Source: an uncultured archaeon (GTDB lineage: Archaea; Asgardarchaeota; Thorarchaeia; Thorarchaeales; Thorarchaeaceae). Taken from it: a DNA stretch of 64,000 nt. Location: positions 55,700 through 119,699 of the forward strand of contig CAZLEV010000012.1 in NCBI GenBank assembly GCA_964558645.1, written 5' to 3'. Positions 50,776 to 60,600 of the stretch are shown here, piece by piece; position 1 is the first letter of the stretch, and each line of letters opens with the position of its first letter. The notes beneath the pieces are model-generated. The model was given only the letters and a program-made list of their open reading frames with translations. It had not been told where the DNA came from and searched no databases. The position numbers were made by a program, and so were the translations under genes.

Positions 50776-50943
50776 GAGTAATCTGTTAGAGTAACCTGCT
50801 CTCGACGCCGAAAAGACCGATGAATGTTGCTTCCCAGATATGATACACGCTTTCTAGTTCATTCTCAACAACTGGAATGGACTGACAAATGGGATTAGAA
50901 CTCCGTTCGTTTTCCGAGCCCACGGTCTTCCTCTAACCTATAT

Positions 50944-51375
50944 TCATTCAAATGGCTCAAAGAGTGGCCTGAGGTCTTCAGGCATGGTCTTTCTTACGTC
51001 CTCCAACTCTCCGCCTTGAGTCTTGTCACTATAGACTTTTACGAAGGCTCGAAGAGCGTTCTCTGCATCAAGGGGACCTTGGTCGAAATTCTCTCTGATG
51101 AGTTCAAAAAACTCGTCGCGGCTTCGAATCTTGAGAGGTTTGTCTTCCGGCTCGTACTGATCGAAGTACATCCCCTTCATCAGCATCGTAATTGGTGCCG
51201 AAAAATGGACAGCCTCCCCAAGAGGTAGACGGTCGCGTATTGCATGCAAAACAGCCTTTGTTGCTGCGTATGTCCGCTCATTATCGGGCCAACCGAGTAT
51301 CTCGTTCATCGCATTGAACCACTCTATCGTCTTCTGAACTGTACTGTCTAACGATTTTACACTTGTGTTAGCCAT
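50944..51375 (-). CDS. DUF2267 family protein
   Basis: TVQKT.EW, AVLHAIRDRL and GELEDV...P motifs. Confidence 0.85.
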   Translation of the reverse strand: MANTSVKSLDSTVQKTIEWFNAMNEILGWPDNERTYAATKAVLHAIRDRLPLGEAVHFSAPITMLMKGMYFDQYEPEDKPLKIRSRDEFFELIRENFDQGPLDAENALRAFVKVYSDKTQGGELEDVRKTMPEDLRPLFEPFE

Positions 51376-51503
51376 ACTAATATCTCAAGTTAACTATAAT
51401 TTACGTAGTTAAAAACATCAGGAAAGCAACATATCTTCCATGAGTAGGGAGTGATGTATCAAGTACGATACAAATAAGAAGCAATGGACGACAACCTACG
51501 CTC

Positions 51504-51974
51504 ATGACAGACCCCCTTGTTGAGATACTCCGCGAGTCCTTACACGGGAAACACTCTCATGTAAATCCCATCAAGGCGTTAGATGGCCTCACACACGAGA
51601 CCGCAACGCAGCAGATGAACGGCGATGCCTTCAGCACATATGAGATTCTCTATCACATGGTGTTCTGGCAGGAGGCCACACTCACAATCGCAAAAGGACA
51701 GGAATATGATTGGGAAGATTCGAAAGGTAGGGACTGGCCATCATATGCGGAAACAGAAAAGACTGATTGGAATGCACTGAAGAAGAGGTTCCTGACAGGA
51801 CTCAAAGATGTAGAAGGATTGATTGGGTCACTAGATCTCAGACTCCCAATGCCCACATGGAGAAACGAACCTGTTGCAAAGGCCTTCGCTGTCCTCGCGA
51901 CGCACAACTCATACCACTTGGGCCAGATTATCTCGAACAGGAAGATCCAAGGCCTATGGCCCCCTCTCAAGTAA
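51504..51974 (+). CDS. DinB family protein
   Basis: EILYHMVFWQ and HNSYHLGQI metal-site motifs. Confidence 0.88.
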   Translation: MTDPLVEILRESLHGKHSHVNPIKALDGLTHETATQQMNGDAFSTYEILYHMVFWQEATLTIAKGQEYDWEDSKGRDWPSYAETEKTDWNALKKRFLTGLKDVEGLIGSLDLRLPMPTWRNEPVAKAFAVLATHNSYHLGQIISNRKIQGLWPPLK

Positions 51975-51988
51975 GAGACTCCCAGTAG

Positions 51989-52573
51989 CTACTTCAGAAA
52001 TGAGAGTCCTTCCCATCTCCAGAAGCATTTCATGAATTCTTTCGTGGTCCCGCGACTAGATTTTGCGAGAGTGCGTCCTGTCTCCGTCTGGAGCAGATGA
52101 ATCATGTTTTCTTGCAGCTCTTCAGCCTGACGAACAGCCTCTTCCATAGTCAACTGCTTTGTTGCCATTCTATAGACTATTTCTCGAATCAGGCCAAACG
52201 GTCCCAGCGTCTGCAGCTTATCTGCATCAAAGACAACCTTGGCCTCGTTTGTCAATGCATTCTTGATGGTTTGAGGCTCAACGCAGGAGACACAATGGGT
52301 GACCGCAGACGCAAGCTGTTCGTCTATTCCAATCCTTGTCATGAAGTCTTGTACGAGAGCAGCCTCTTCAGGGTGATACTGATGAAGTAATGCACCTAAT
52401 CGCGATATCAGGGAATCGGCATTCTCGCTCTTTGCGAGGAATTCTGCAAGGCGCATGGTCCTCTCAGCGTGGGCCTTGCCGTGAGTTGGGTCCAGACCAT
52501 TGTATTTCTCAAAGGCAAAAGAATAGAGGGCATCGAGTTGGTCGTCTGTAATATTCGGACGCTGAGTCTTCAT
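51989..52573 (-). CDS. HD-domain protein (HD replaced by HQ)
   Basis: H...HAER, ALLHQY and DADKL..LG. Confidence 0.8.
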   Translation of the reverse strand: MKTQRPNITDDQLDALYSFAFEKYNGLDPTHGKAHAERTMRLAEFLAKSENADSLISRLGALLHQYHPEEAALVQDFMTRIGIDEQLASAVTHCVSCVEPQTIKNALTNEAKVVFDADKLQTLGPFGLIREIVYRMATKQLTMEEAVRQAEELQENMIHLLQTETGRTLAKSSRGTTKEFMKCFWRWEGLSFLK

Positions 52574-52693
52574 ATCGATACATCCCGTACATGTTGGACA
52601 GATTCAAGCAGTCTATCGTATGCTCGAACATTATTGCGATAGAAAAAGACACTGCAAGAATATATCAAGGTTGACGAGAGATACTCTATTGGG

Positions 52694-53077
52694 ATGAAAG
52701 CTCCAAGTGTGGACATGGCTGTATGTGGTCTGGACTGTGAATCATGCAGTTTGAGAACGTTTCAGTTCGATTCGGAGGCAGCAGCAGAGGCTCTATCATG
52801 GTACAGAGAGAAAGGCTGGCTGGAAGAGACAGAAGGAGTTGCAGACGCCATTCAGAAAGGACTCTACTGCAAGGGATGTCACGGCCCTCGGGAAGAGCAC
52901 TGGTCGCCCGACTGCTGGATTCTGGCTTGCTGTGTGGATGATAAACGCCTGAATCACTGTGCAGAGTGCAATCAATTTCCGTGTGAGAGTCTCACCAACT
53001 GGGCACGCAAGGAAAAGCAGTACCAAGAGGCGCTGAGCAATCTTACTAAGAAACGTCAAAGACTGGCGCAGATATAA
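52694..53077 (+). CDS. DUF3795 family Cys-rich protein
   Basis: CGLDCESC, CKGC, C.I..CC and CAEC.FPC. Confidence 0.85.
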   Translation: MKAPSVDMAVCGLDCESCSLRTFQFDSEAAAEALSWYREKGWLEETEGVADAIQKGLYCKGCHGPREEHWSPDCWILACCVDDKRLNHCAECNQFPCESLTNWARKEKQYQEALSNLTKKRQRLAQI

Positions 53078-53086
53078 AACGAGGAC

Positions 53087-53746
53087 GTGACTCACATAGT
53101 GCCATGGTTTGCCGAGAAACACTTCGTGAGAATCGATAGCCAAACATTTGATCTTCCAAGAATCTGCCCAGTATGTCTGGAGGTTGCAGAATCGCAGGGA
53201 GAGATCCTTGCTGTTTCTCAACGTGACAGAAGAAGACTTCATGGTAGGTCTTTGGTTGGGTCCTACACAGGCACACCCTTCGGACGTTCAACTCATAACA
53301 ACCGATTACCGCCGGCTTCTATTAGTATACTAAGAGTCCCGACATGCAGAGTACATGCACACACTCCGGACAAGAGTTCTCGGAGAAGAACCATCTTCGG
53401 CTTCACCGCCGGTGTTTCAACCATGTTCACTCTACTACTTGGAGCGTTCATGGCTTTCAGCTTTTATGATGGAAACCCAATCGCCCTTAAATGGTACATC
53501 CTGTTCTTTCTTGCGGCATCTTTGATGATTTCTTCACTGGCTGTCCTGGGACCCAACGCGCTTGAGAGGGCAATCTCGGTTCAGGACATGCTGCCGAATG
53601 CAGGCAAGATCATCCTGAGAGTCAAGAATAAGGAGTATCGTGACGAGATTCTCAGATTGAATCCCACGAACTCGACACCTGTCAGAAGAAAGCGTCACCC
53701 ATCCCCTTGGCAAGATGGTATGTTTCAAAAGTGTTTAGAGGCTTAG
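53087..53746 (+). CDS. Hypothetical Zn-finger/two-TM membrane protein (paralogue of 56793)
   Basis: CPVC...VPTCRVH, two TMs, GPNALERAIS and LRVKN..Y..I..LNP. Confidence 0.7.
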   Translation: MTHIVPWFAEKHFVRIDSQTFDLPRICPVCLEVAESQGEILAVSQRDRRRLHGRSLVGSYTGTPFGRSTHNNRLPPASISILRVPTCRVHAHTPDKSSRRRTIFGFTAGVSTMFTLLLGAFMAFSFYDGNPIALKWYILFFLAASLMISSLAVLGPNALERAISVQDMLPNAGKIILRVKNKEYRDEILRLNPTNSTPVRRKRHPSPWQDGMFQKCLEA

Positions 53747-53784
53747 AACCTCCAAGCGAATAGAACTCTGCAGGTTGTGAGAGA

Positions 53785-56013
53785 ATGACTGACGAGAATC
53801 CCATCTATCTGGACTACAATGCCACGACACCGATTGCCAGTGAGGTGGCTAATGAGATGGCTCCGTACCTATACGAACACTTCGGAAACCCATCAAGCAG
53901 CCATTCTTACGGTGCAAAGGCCAAACGAGCAGTAGAAAAGGCCAGAGAACAGGTTTCCGAGTTGTTGGGTTGTCTTCCATATGAGATTGTTTTCACTTCG
54001 GGCGGCACAGAGAGTAACAATCTTGCAATCAGAGGAGTTGCTCTGGCAAATCGAGAGAGAGGGAATCATATCATAACATCTGCTGTCGAACACCCTGCAG
54101 TTTCCGAGGTCTGTTCGTGGCTTCAAGACCAAGGATTTCGCATCACTGTACTCCCTGTCGATGAGTACGGCGTTGTTGATCCAAATGACCTGCGAGATGC
54201 GATCACTGAGAATACAATTCTTGTAACAATCATGCATGCCAACAACGAAGTCGGCACGATTCAACCTGTTAGTGAGCTGGCCGCGATAGCCCATGAAAAC
54301 GGGGCAATTATGCACACTGATGCAGCGCAGTCGGTTGGAAAGATACCAGTGCGTGTTGATGAACTTGGCGTTGACCTCTTATCAATAGCAGGTCACAAGC
54401 TCTATGCGCCAAAAGGTATCGGAGCTCTTTACATTAAGACAGGAACCAATCTCGCCAAGCTTATGTACGGTGCCGACCACGAATCAAATCGAAGACCCGG
54501 GACCGAGAATGTGTTGGAGATAGTTGGTCTCGGCAAGGCGTGTGAGATTGCTCAGAGAGACCTCGACAAGAATATGGCGCATTTCAGAATTGTGCGGGAT
54601 CGACTCTATCAGGGACTTCTAGACAATCTAGGACAGGACAGACTGCGCCTGAACGGACATCCAGAAGAACACCTCCCCAACACGTTGAACGTAAGCTTCA
54701 GAGGTGTCGAGGCCAATACACTGCTCTCAGAGATAGGAGATCGCGTTGCCGCCTCGGCCGGAGCAGCCTGTCACGCCGAAGAGGTGGACGTTTCTCCGGT
54801 GCTTGAAGCTATGGGATTGCCAGTCCAATGGGCGATGGGAACTGTCAGGTTCTCTGTTGGTCGAAACACCACCGAGGGAGATGTGGACAGAGCTGTTGAA
54901 GTTGTGACGGATGCTGTAAGAAGGCTCCAGCCAACAGATTTCGATTCCGGTAAGATCGTAGTTGAAGAAAGAGGTGAGTACAGGCTGACACAGTATACTC
55001 ACGGCCTAGGCTGTGCATGCAAGCTTCGCCCACAGGCGCTTGAGGAGGTCCTTAGAGACCTTCCGATGCCCTCAGACCCGGCCATCATGGTTGGTGTTGA
55101 AACCTCAGATGATGCTGCCGTTTACAGACTTGATGATGACAACGCAATAGTGCAAACTGTCGACTTCTTCACGCCAATCGTGGATAATCCATACTGGTTC
55201 GGAGCTATCTCAGCTGCGAACTCACTCAGCGATATCTACGCAATGGGAGCAAAGCCGCTCTTCGCCCTCAGCGTTGTGGGGTTCCCGTCCAATAGACTAC
55301 CCCTGTCGGTCCTGAAAGAAATCCTGAGAGGAGCACAAGAGAAGGCGGCCGAAGCGGGAATCGCTATTGTGGGAGGGCACACAGTCGATGATACCGAACC
55401 AAAGTACGGGCTCGCAGTCACGGGGATTGTCCATCCTGATCGTGTGCTAAGGAACAGCACAGCGAAACCGGGGGACGTACTTATCCTGACCAAACCGATT
55501 GGGCTTGGGATTATCACTACGGCAATAAAACGAGGTCTCGTTGATGAAGACGTAGCTGATGAAGCTCGTGAAATCATGGCCGAACTGAATCGAGCAGCAG
55601 CAGAGGCTATGAGTGAGCTTGATGTCAGTGCCTGCACGGATATCACAGGTTTTGGACTGCTGGGTCATCTGAGAGAGATGGCTGCAGGCAGCACAGTGGA
55701 TATTGAGTTGAGCGCCAAGAGTGTCCCGATTCTTCAGAAGGCAAAGACCCTAGCAGGAGCAAATGTTGTTCCAGGAGGCACAATGGACAATCTCGCCTAT
55801 GTCAAACCATATGTTGAGTTTGATGCGGCCGTTTCTGAAGTGGACAGAATCCTACTCGCAGACGCCCAGACGTCCGGAGGTCTGCTGATCAGCCTACCCG
55901 CAGAACGAGCCGACAGTCTGATGAGAGAGCTTGATAAGCGCGGCGTGAATCGAGCGGCAATCATCGGCCGAGTTATGTCGGAAGGCGAAGGGAGGATAAC
56001 GGTCATCCCGTAA
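53785..56013 (+). CDS. selD: Fusion of NifS/selenocysteine lyase-like PLP enzyme and selenophosphate synthetase (Cys form)
   Basis: N-half YLDYNATTP, FTSGGTESNN, HTDAAQ, GHK, ASAGAACH; C-half GLGCACK, SDDAAV, QTVDFFTP, GGHT, TDITGFGLLGH, DAQTSGGLL. Confidence 0.93.
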   Translation: MTDENPIYLDYNATTPIASEVANEMAPYLYEHFGNPSSSHSYGAKAKRAVEKAREQVSELLGCLPYEIVFTSGGTESNNLAIRGVALANRERGNHIITSAVEHPAVSEVCSWLQDQGFRITVLPVDEYGVVDPNDLRDAITENTILVTIMHANNEVGTIQPVSELAAIAHENGAIMHTDAAQSVGKIPVRVDELGVDLLSIAGHKLYAPKGIGALYIKTGTNLAKLMYGADHESNRRPGTENVLEIVGLGKACEIAQRDLDKNMAHFRIVRDRLYQGLLDNLGQDRLRLNGHPEEHLPNTLNVSFRGVEANTLLSEIGDRVAASAGAACHAEEVDVSPVLEAMGLPVQWAMGTVRFSVGRNTTEGDVDRAVEVVTDAVRRLQPTDFDSGKIVVEERGEYRLTQYTHGLGCACKLRPQALEEVLRDLPMPSDPAIMVGVETSDDAAVYRLDDDNAIVQTVDFFTPIVDNPYWFGAISAANSLSDIYAMGAKPLFALSVVGFPSNRLPLSVLKEILRGAQEKAAEAGIAIVGGHTVDDTEPKYGLAVTGIVHPDRVLRNSTAKPGDVLILTKPIGLGIITTAIKRGLVDEDVADEAREIMAELNRAAAEAMSELDVSACTDITGFGLLGHLREMAAGSTVDIELSAKSVPILQKAKTLAGANVVPGGTMDNLAYVKPYVEFDAAVSEVDRILLADAQTSGGLLISLPAERADSLMRELDKRGVNRAAIIGRVMSEGEGRITVIP

Positions 56014-56036
56014 ATCAACAGGATAAGGTGTTCCAT

Positions 56037-56687
56037 GTGGACGACCACTCCGTATACCACACGTCATGGCAGAAGACCTATCGCGAAAGAGGCGATCTAT
56101 AGAGGGCAATGTATCCACAAGGATATTTGGAGTTCAAAGGTCTTGCCGATCTGGTCACAAGGGCTGAATCAGGCATGATAGTCCTTGATGCAGGAATTGG
56201 AACAGGTGAGGCGGTCCTCCCGCTTCTTCAGAAGGGCTTAAGAATCATCGGAATTGATATCTCGAAGAAGGCCATCGAGATTTGTGCAAAGAAGTTCAAG
56301 GACATGGGGGTCAGCGAGGAGCAGTATCACCTGGTCAACACAAGCGTCAGCTTGTTCGAGTATCCTAAAGACCACTATGATATTTTCATCGACTACTACA
56401 CATCTCAGCACATTCGTCAACCCAGAAAAGATGAGTTCTATGAGCTGGTACACAGGTCATTGTTGAAAAGTGGCATGTTTTTGCTTGCCCAATACTCTCC
56501 GGAATACTTGTCACGCCAACCAAATCTTAAGCAGAAGAAGAAAGGGGTGTTCTACTCGGATGACCGATACTTCTGCTTCCTCAGCCCAGATGAGATGCAG
56601 CAGCATTTGGAATCACTGGGATTCTACATTGAGTCAACATATCGTTACGAACCCAAAGGTCTGTACGAGATTCTGGCACCAAAATAA
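56037..56687 (+). CDS. Class I SAM-dependent methyltransferase with in-frame TAG at 56100 (pseudogene, readthrough, or shorter ORF from 56109)
   Basis: VLDAGIGTG and GIDIS motifs; the upstream in-frame segment VDDHSVYHTSWQKTYRERGDL* has an RBS. Confidence 0.8.
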
Positions 56688-56792
56688 TGAATCCTGAAGG
56701 GCCCGAAGGATAGATTCAGAAGCCTGAACCAAAAACTGCAATAATCATGTCAGCTGTAACATGTTGAAAGAAGCCAAAGATTTGACTGCCAG

Positions 56793-57392
56793 ATGGTGCT
56801 TGTGATGCTGCATGAAGGAGATGTTCTGGTAAGACTTGATGGTGTGAACAGGATACAGTTTCCAGACACTTGTCCAGTATGCGGCAGAAACGCCACAAGC
56901 AATACAAGGATACCATTCGTGCAACAGGGCAAGATGCCGAAATCACCGATTCCAAGAGACCGCCCTGCAACCAAGAAACTCATAGAAGCAAGGCAAAACA
57001 TGGCCTCAATTCAAATCCCCGTATGTGAGTCACATGACCTCTCTTACCAGGAACTGGGGAGAGCGAAAGGGTTAATGACCGTGATGGGGGGAATATCCCT
57101 CGTTGCCTTGTTCTTCCTGATTATTACCATTGGATCATCAGTCATTGCTGGGAGAGGTCTTAACTACCTCTCGGTCTTGGGACTCGTCGCAGTGATCCTG
57201 CTTATGGTCTTCAGTGCCAAACTAGTGGGACCAAGCGCAGTGGAAGAGGCGGTTTCGCTGGTGCAGTATGAACCTCAGTCAGGCATTGCCATCATCAGAG
57301 TCAAGAACAGAGCGTATGCAGAAAGAATCACTGAACTGAATCCGATGCGAGCCACACTTGGAATTGTCAAGTCGGTCAAGGGGAAGGTTTAG
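56793..57392 (+). CDS. Hypothetical Zn-finger/two-TM membrane protein (paralogue of 53087)
   Basis: CPVC...IPVCESH, two TMs, GPSAVEEAVS and IRVKN..Y..I..LNP. Confidence 0.7.
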   Translation: MVLVMLHEGDVLVRLDGVNRIQFPDTCPVCGRNATSNTRIPFVQQGKMPKSPIPRDRPATKKLIEARQNMASIQIPVCESHDLSYQELGRAKGLMTVMGGISLVALFFLIITIGSSVIAGRGLNYLSVLGLVAVILLMVFSAKLVGPSAVEEAVSLVQYEPQSGIAIIRVKNRAYAERITELNPMRATLGIVKSVKGKV

Positions 57393-57637
57393 GTCTCAGA
57401 AGCGGGACCCCTCTGATGTCACCAGCCCGCGTAGGTTTCCGCTATCTTGTCGATTCTCCAGAGCATGGGCAGCACGGTTTGGAACAACAGAAACCGTGTC
57501 ACTGCAATTGCCCCTTGTTCGATGGTTGATGAAAATGCAATATATCCGTCGGGCCTGTCAATACTCCGCATTACGCCCAACCGAAGATTGTTTCTTCGGA
57601 GCGAAGTGACAGCCCCAGACTGTTCCTCGGATAGACG

Positions 57638-60600
57638 CTACAGATCCTCAGGCTTGAGCATGGTAGTTCGAGCTTGGAAGATAGGTCCGATAATGCTCAT
57701 CACGAAACGCACGAAGCCATCATCCTCTGACACAAAACCAATGACATCTGAATCTGCAGAGGCAGCAGGAGCGAGCAACACCTCCTCACTGTCCCGAACG
57801 CATGCATAGACATCCTTCTCAGACCTGCTCCTGACACGAATGTTTCCACGTCCAACCAGTGGTCCAGCCTCACGATTCAGCACTGGGCTCTCTGTCACCA
57901 CCAGTTCCACACCGATTGTGCTCTTGAGCTCTTTCAGGGTGTCCGTAGGAATATCATGCGCCTCAGGGATTATCAGTGTCACCTTGGACTTTGCCCTCGC
58001 AAGCATGTCTTTCATGTGTGCCAGAACTGCATCACGAGTGACGATCGTCCAAGTCTTCTTGGCTCCTGGGAAGTCGGTAGTACCTAGACGTTCCCACACC
58101 TTCGAGAGCACATCAGCAACCCGTTGTGTATCCAAGGGTGTCTCCGTCGCAAGTCCAACTGCCTCATCTACTGACTCTTCAGAGATTCCTATCGCTGGCC
58201 TCTTCTCAAGGTCATTTACTGCATCGGCCAGTATGTTTTCAAGACTGCCCGCGTGAGCCATGATGTCATCATAGCCGCTTCTGATGTCATTTTTCGCACT
58301 CACCGATACTCTCTCAATAGCTGCTGAGGACTTCTCCAGAAACTCTGATAGGGCAGCTATCGATTCTGAAGAGAGCTTGTTCGCCGCAGATGAGATTGAG
58401 CCACCAAGTCTCTCCTCGGTTGAGCCAAGATTCTGGACAGAAGATTTGACAGTCGAGTTGACCATGACCTTCGCCGATTCAAGCCTCGATTGCGCCCCTG
58501 TTGTTGCAGCGCTAACTCCCTTATCAAGCCGGGAATGGCCTGTGTGTTTGTGTTCAGACAAATCGGATGATACATCATTCAAAGTGGCAACTATGTCGCC
58601 ACCGGCTCTGTCTATTACTGTGGCAATTTCTGTTCGCGAATTGGTAAAGGCATTATGAGTCTCCTCCAAAGCGCCGCCAATTACAGACCTCATTTCCTCT
58701 AAAGCGCCGCCAATCTTTGACGATGATTCCTGCTGTAATGCCTCGAGAGATTCAGAGAACGTGTTCATTCCTGCTGCAGCGTTTTCTCTCACTTGCGAAC
58801 GGCCAGAGGATGCCATTGAGCGTATCTGATTTGAGAGCGAGTTGACTTGTGATTCCAAGTCATCCTTCGTAGATTTGAGCAGCTCCTCCTTCGCTGTAGT
58901 ATGTCCCACTTTCAATCTCTCCGTAGATGAGTCAAGTGAACTGCTCGCAGCCTTTATACCGTCATGCATCTTCTGCACCGAGTCTTGCAGCCCGGTATGC
59001 AGGAGGTCTACGAGGTCTTGTGTTTCCGCAGCGGCCCGACCCAAGGATTCCTCTGCGGCCCGTCTCTCCTCACCCAGACCGGATTCTAGTGCGCCCAGTT
59101 GGTTCCTACGGTTTTCATCAGCGCTGGCAACAAACCCGTCCATATCGGCGTCTATCTTGTTCTGCAGTTCCTGCAATATCTCGGAGCCAGAAGAGATCTC
59201 ATGTGTGACCGTGGCGTCAATCCTGTTGACCATCGAGTCGTGCTTCTTTCGAGAACCCTCAATGCGCTGACTGACATCAGAATCAAGGCCTTCAATACTG
59301 GTTGTAATTGCCTCTGTAATCTGCTGTGTAGCGCGTGTCTGCATTGCCTCCGTCTGAGATTTCGCTCGAGATATGGCCTTGGCAATCTCGTCTCGCACAG
59401 AACTAGAAAGAGAATCAAGTTCTGCAATAGTTTCATGTGACACTTGCTCTAACTGAGTGCTAGTCGACTCCATAACCTGTCTGAGCTGTTGAGTGATCTC
59501 AGACCTGTAGGTCTCGAGTAGCCCAGTAGTCAAGTCAAGAGATTCACGGTTGATTGCATTTATCTCATTCCCAGTTGACTGGAGGGATTCTCCGAATTCT
59601 TGCCTCTTCTGTTCCAGCTCTTTGCTGACATGCGCGAGAGTGGTGGTTGCATACTCGTCGACTCTCTCGTAAGAGTCCTGTAGTGCGTGTGAAGCGAGTC
59701 TATGCATTGAATCAGATGCAGTGGTCACTGATGATTTTGCTCTCGCAGACATATCCTGAATCTGTTCAGACATCGATGATACGGCAGTCCCTGCTGAAGA
59801 CTCATACTCAGACACTGCATTTTCGAGCCGGTTCTTCAACATTGAAACGGCCTCATCCTTTGACGATCCAAACTCCGAGATTTCATCATCAAGGGCTTTC
59901 GAGTGTTCATCCAGAATCTCATACTCCCTAGCAGCGTGGTCGCTCAGGGCCTGTATCATCTCAGTTTCTAGTGTATCGTATTGATCACTCGCCATATTCA
60001 CCGCGGAGTCGATGGAAACACCAACATCCCCCTCGACTTTTTCAATCCCTGTGTTTATCCGGTCAGAGATCTCCTCGAGAGATGTAGCGGTTCTCTGGTG
60101 TGTATCCTCAACACTGCTAACAAGACTTCTCTCAGTCGTTGAAAGACCCGCAGACACCGACTCAGAGTTTGAGATCAGTTCTTGGTTCAGTTCCTCTTTC
60201 TTGGCCTCTATTCGTGAAATGGCCTGCGAAGTCACATCTGAGAGTGAGGAACCGAGTTCCGAGTTCAATGCCTTTAACTGGTCCTCTATGTCAACACTGA
60301 TTCCCGATAGTTCGTTCTCTAGTTCGCTTCCCAAAGAAGAGAGACTGCCTTTAGATTCGTCCAATGCAGATCGTGCTGCTGAAACTGTCTCTTGCGTCCA
60401 GGCAGATGTGGTTTCGCGCATTTGAGCACCAAGATGATCCTCCAGAGACCCTCGTTCTGACTCCAAGTCCGATAGAGACTTCTCAAGGCGGTCAATGGCA
60501 TCACCTTTTGATCTGTGAATCTGCTCTTTCTCTGCGCTTATTGATTCGAGTTTCTCCGAGCTTACTGCAAGAAGCGCATCTCGGACCTGTTTCGAAGCTG

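Noticed and set aside
56689-56717. ATCCT-GAA-GGGCCC-GA-AGGAT resembling an archaeal SECIS near selD
   Set aside because: The apical stem has no loop, and SelD here encodes Cys with no Sec codon to serve
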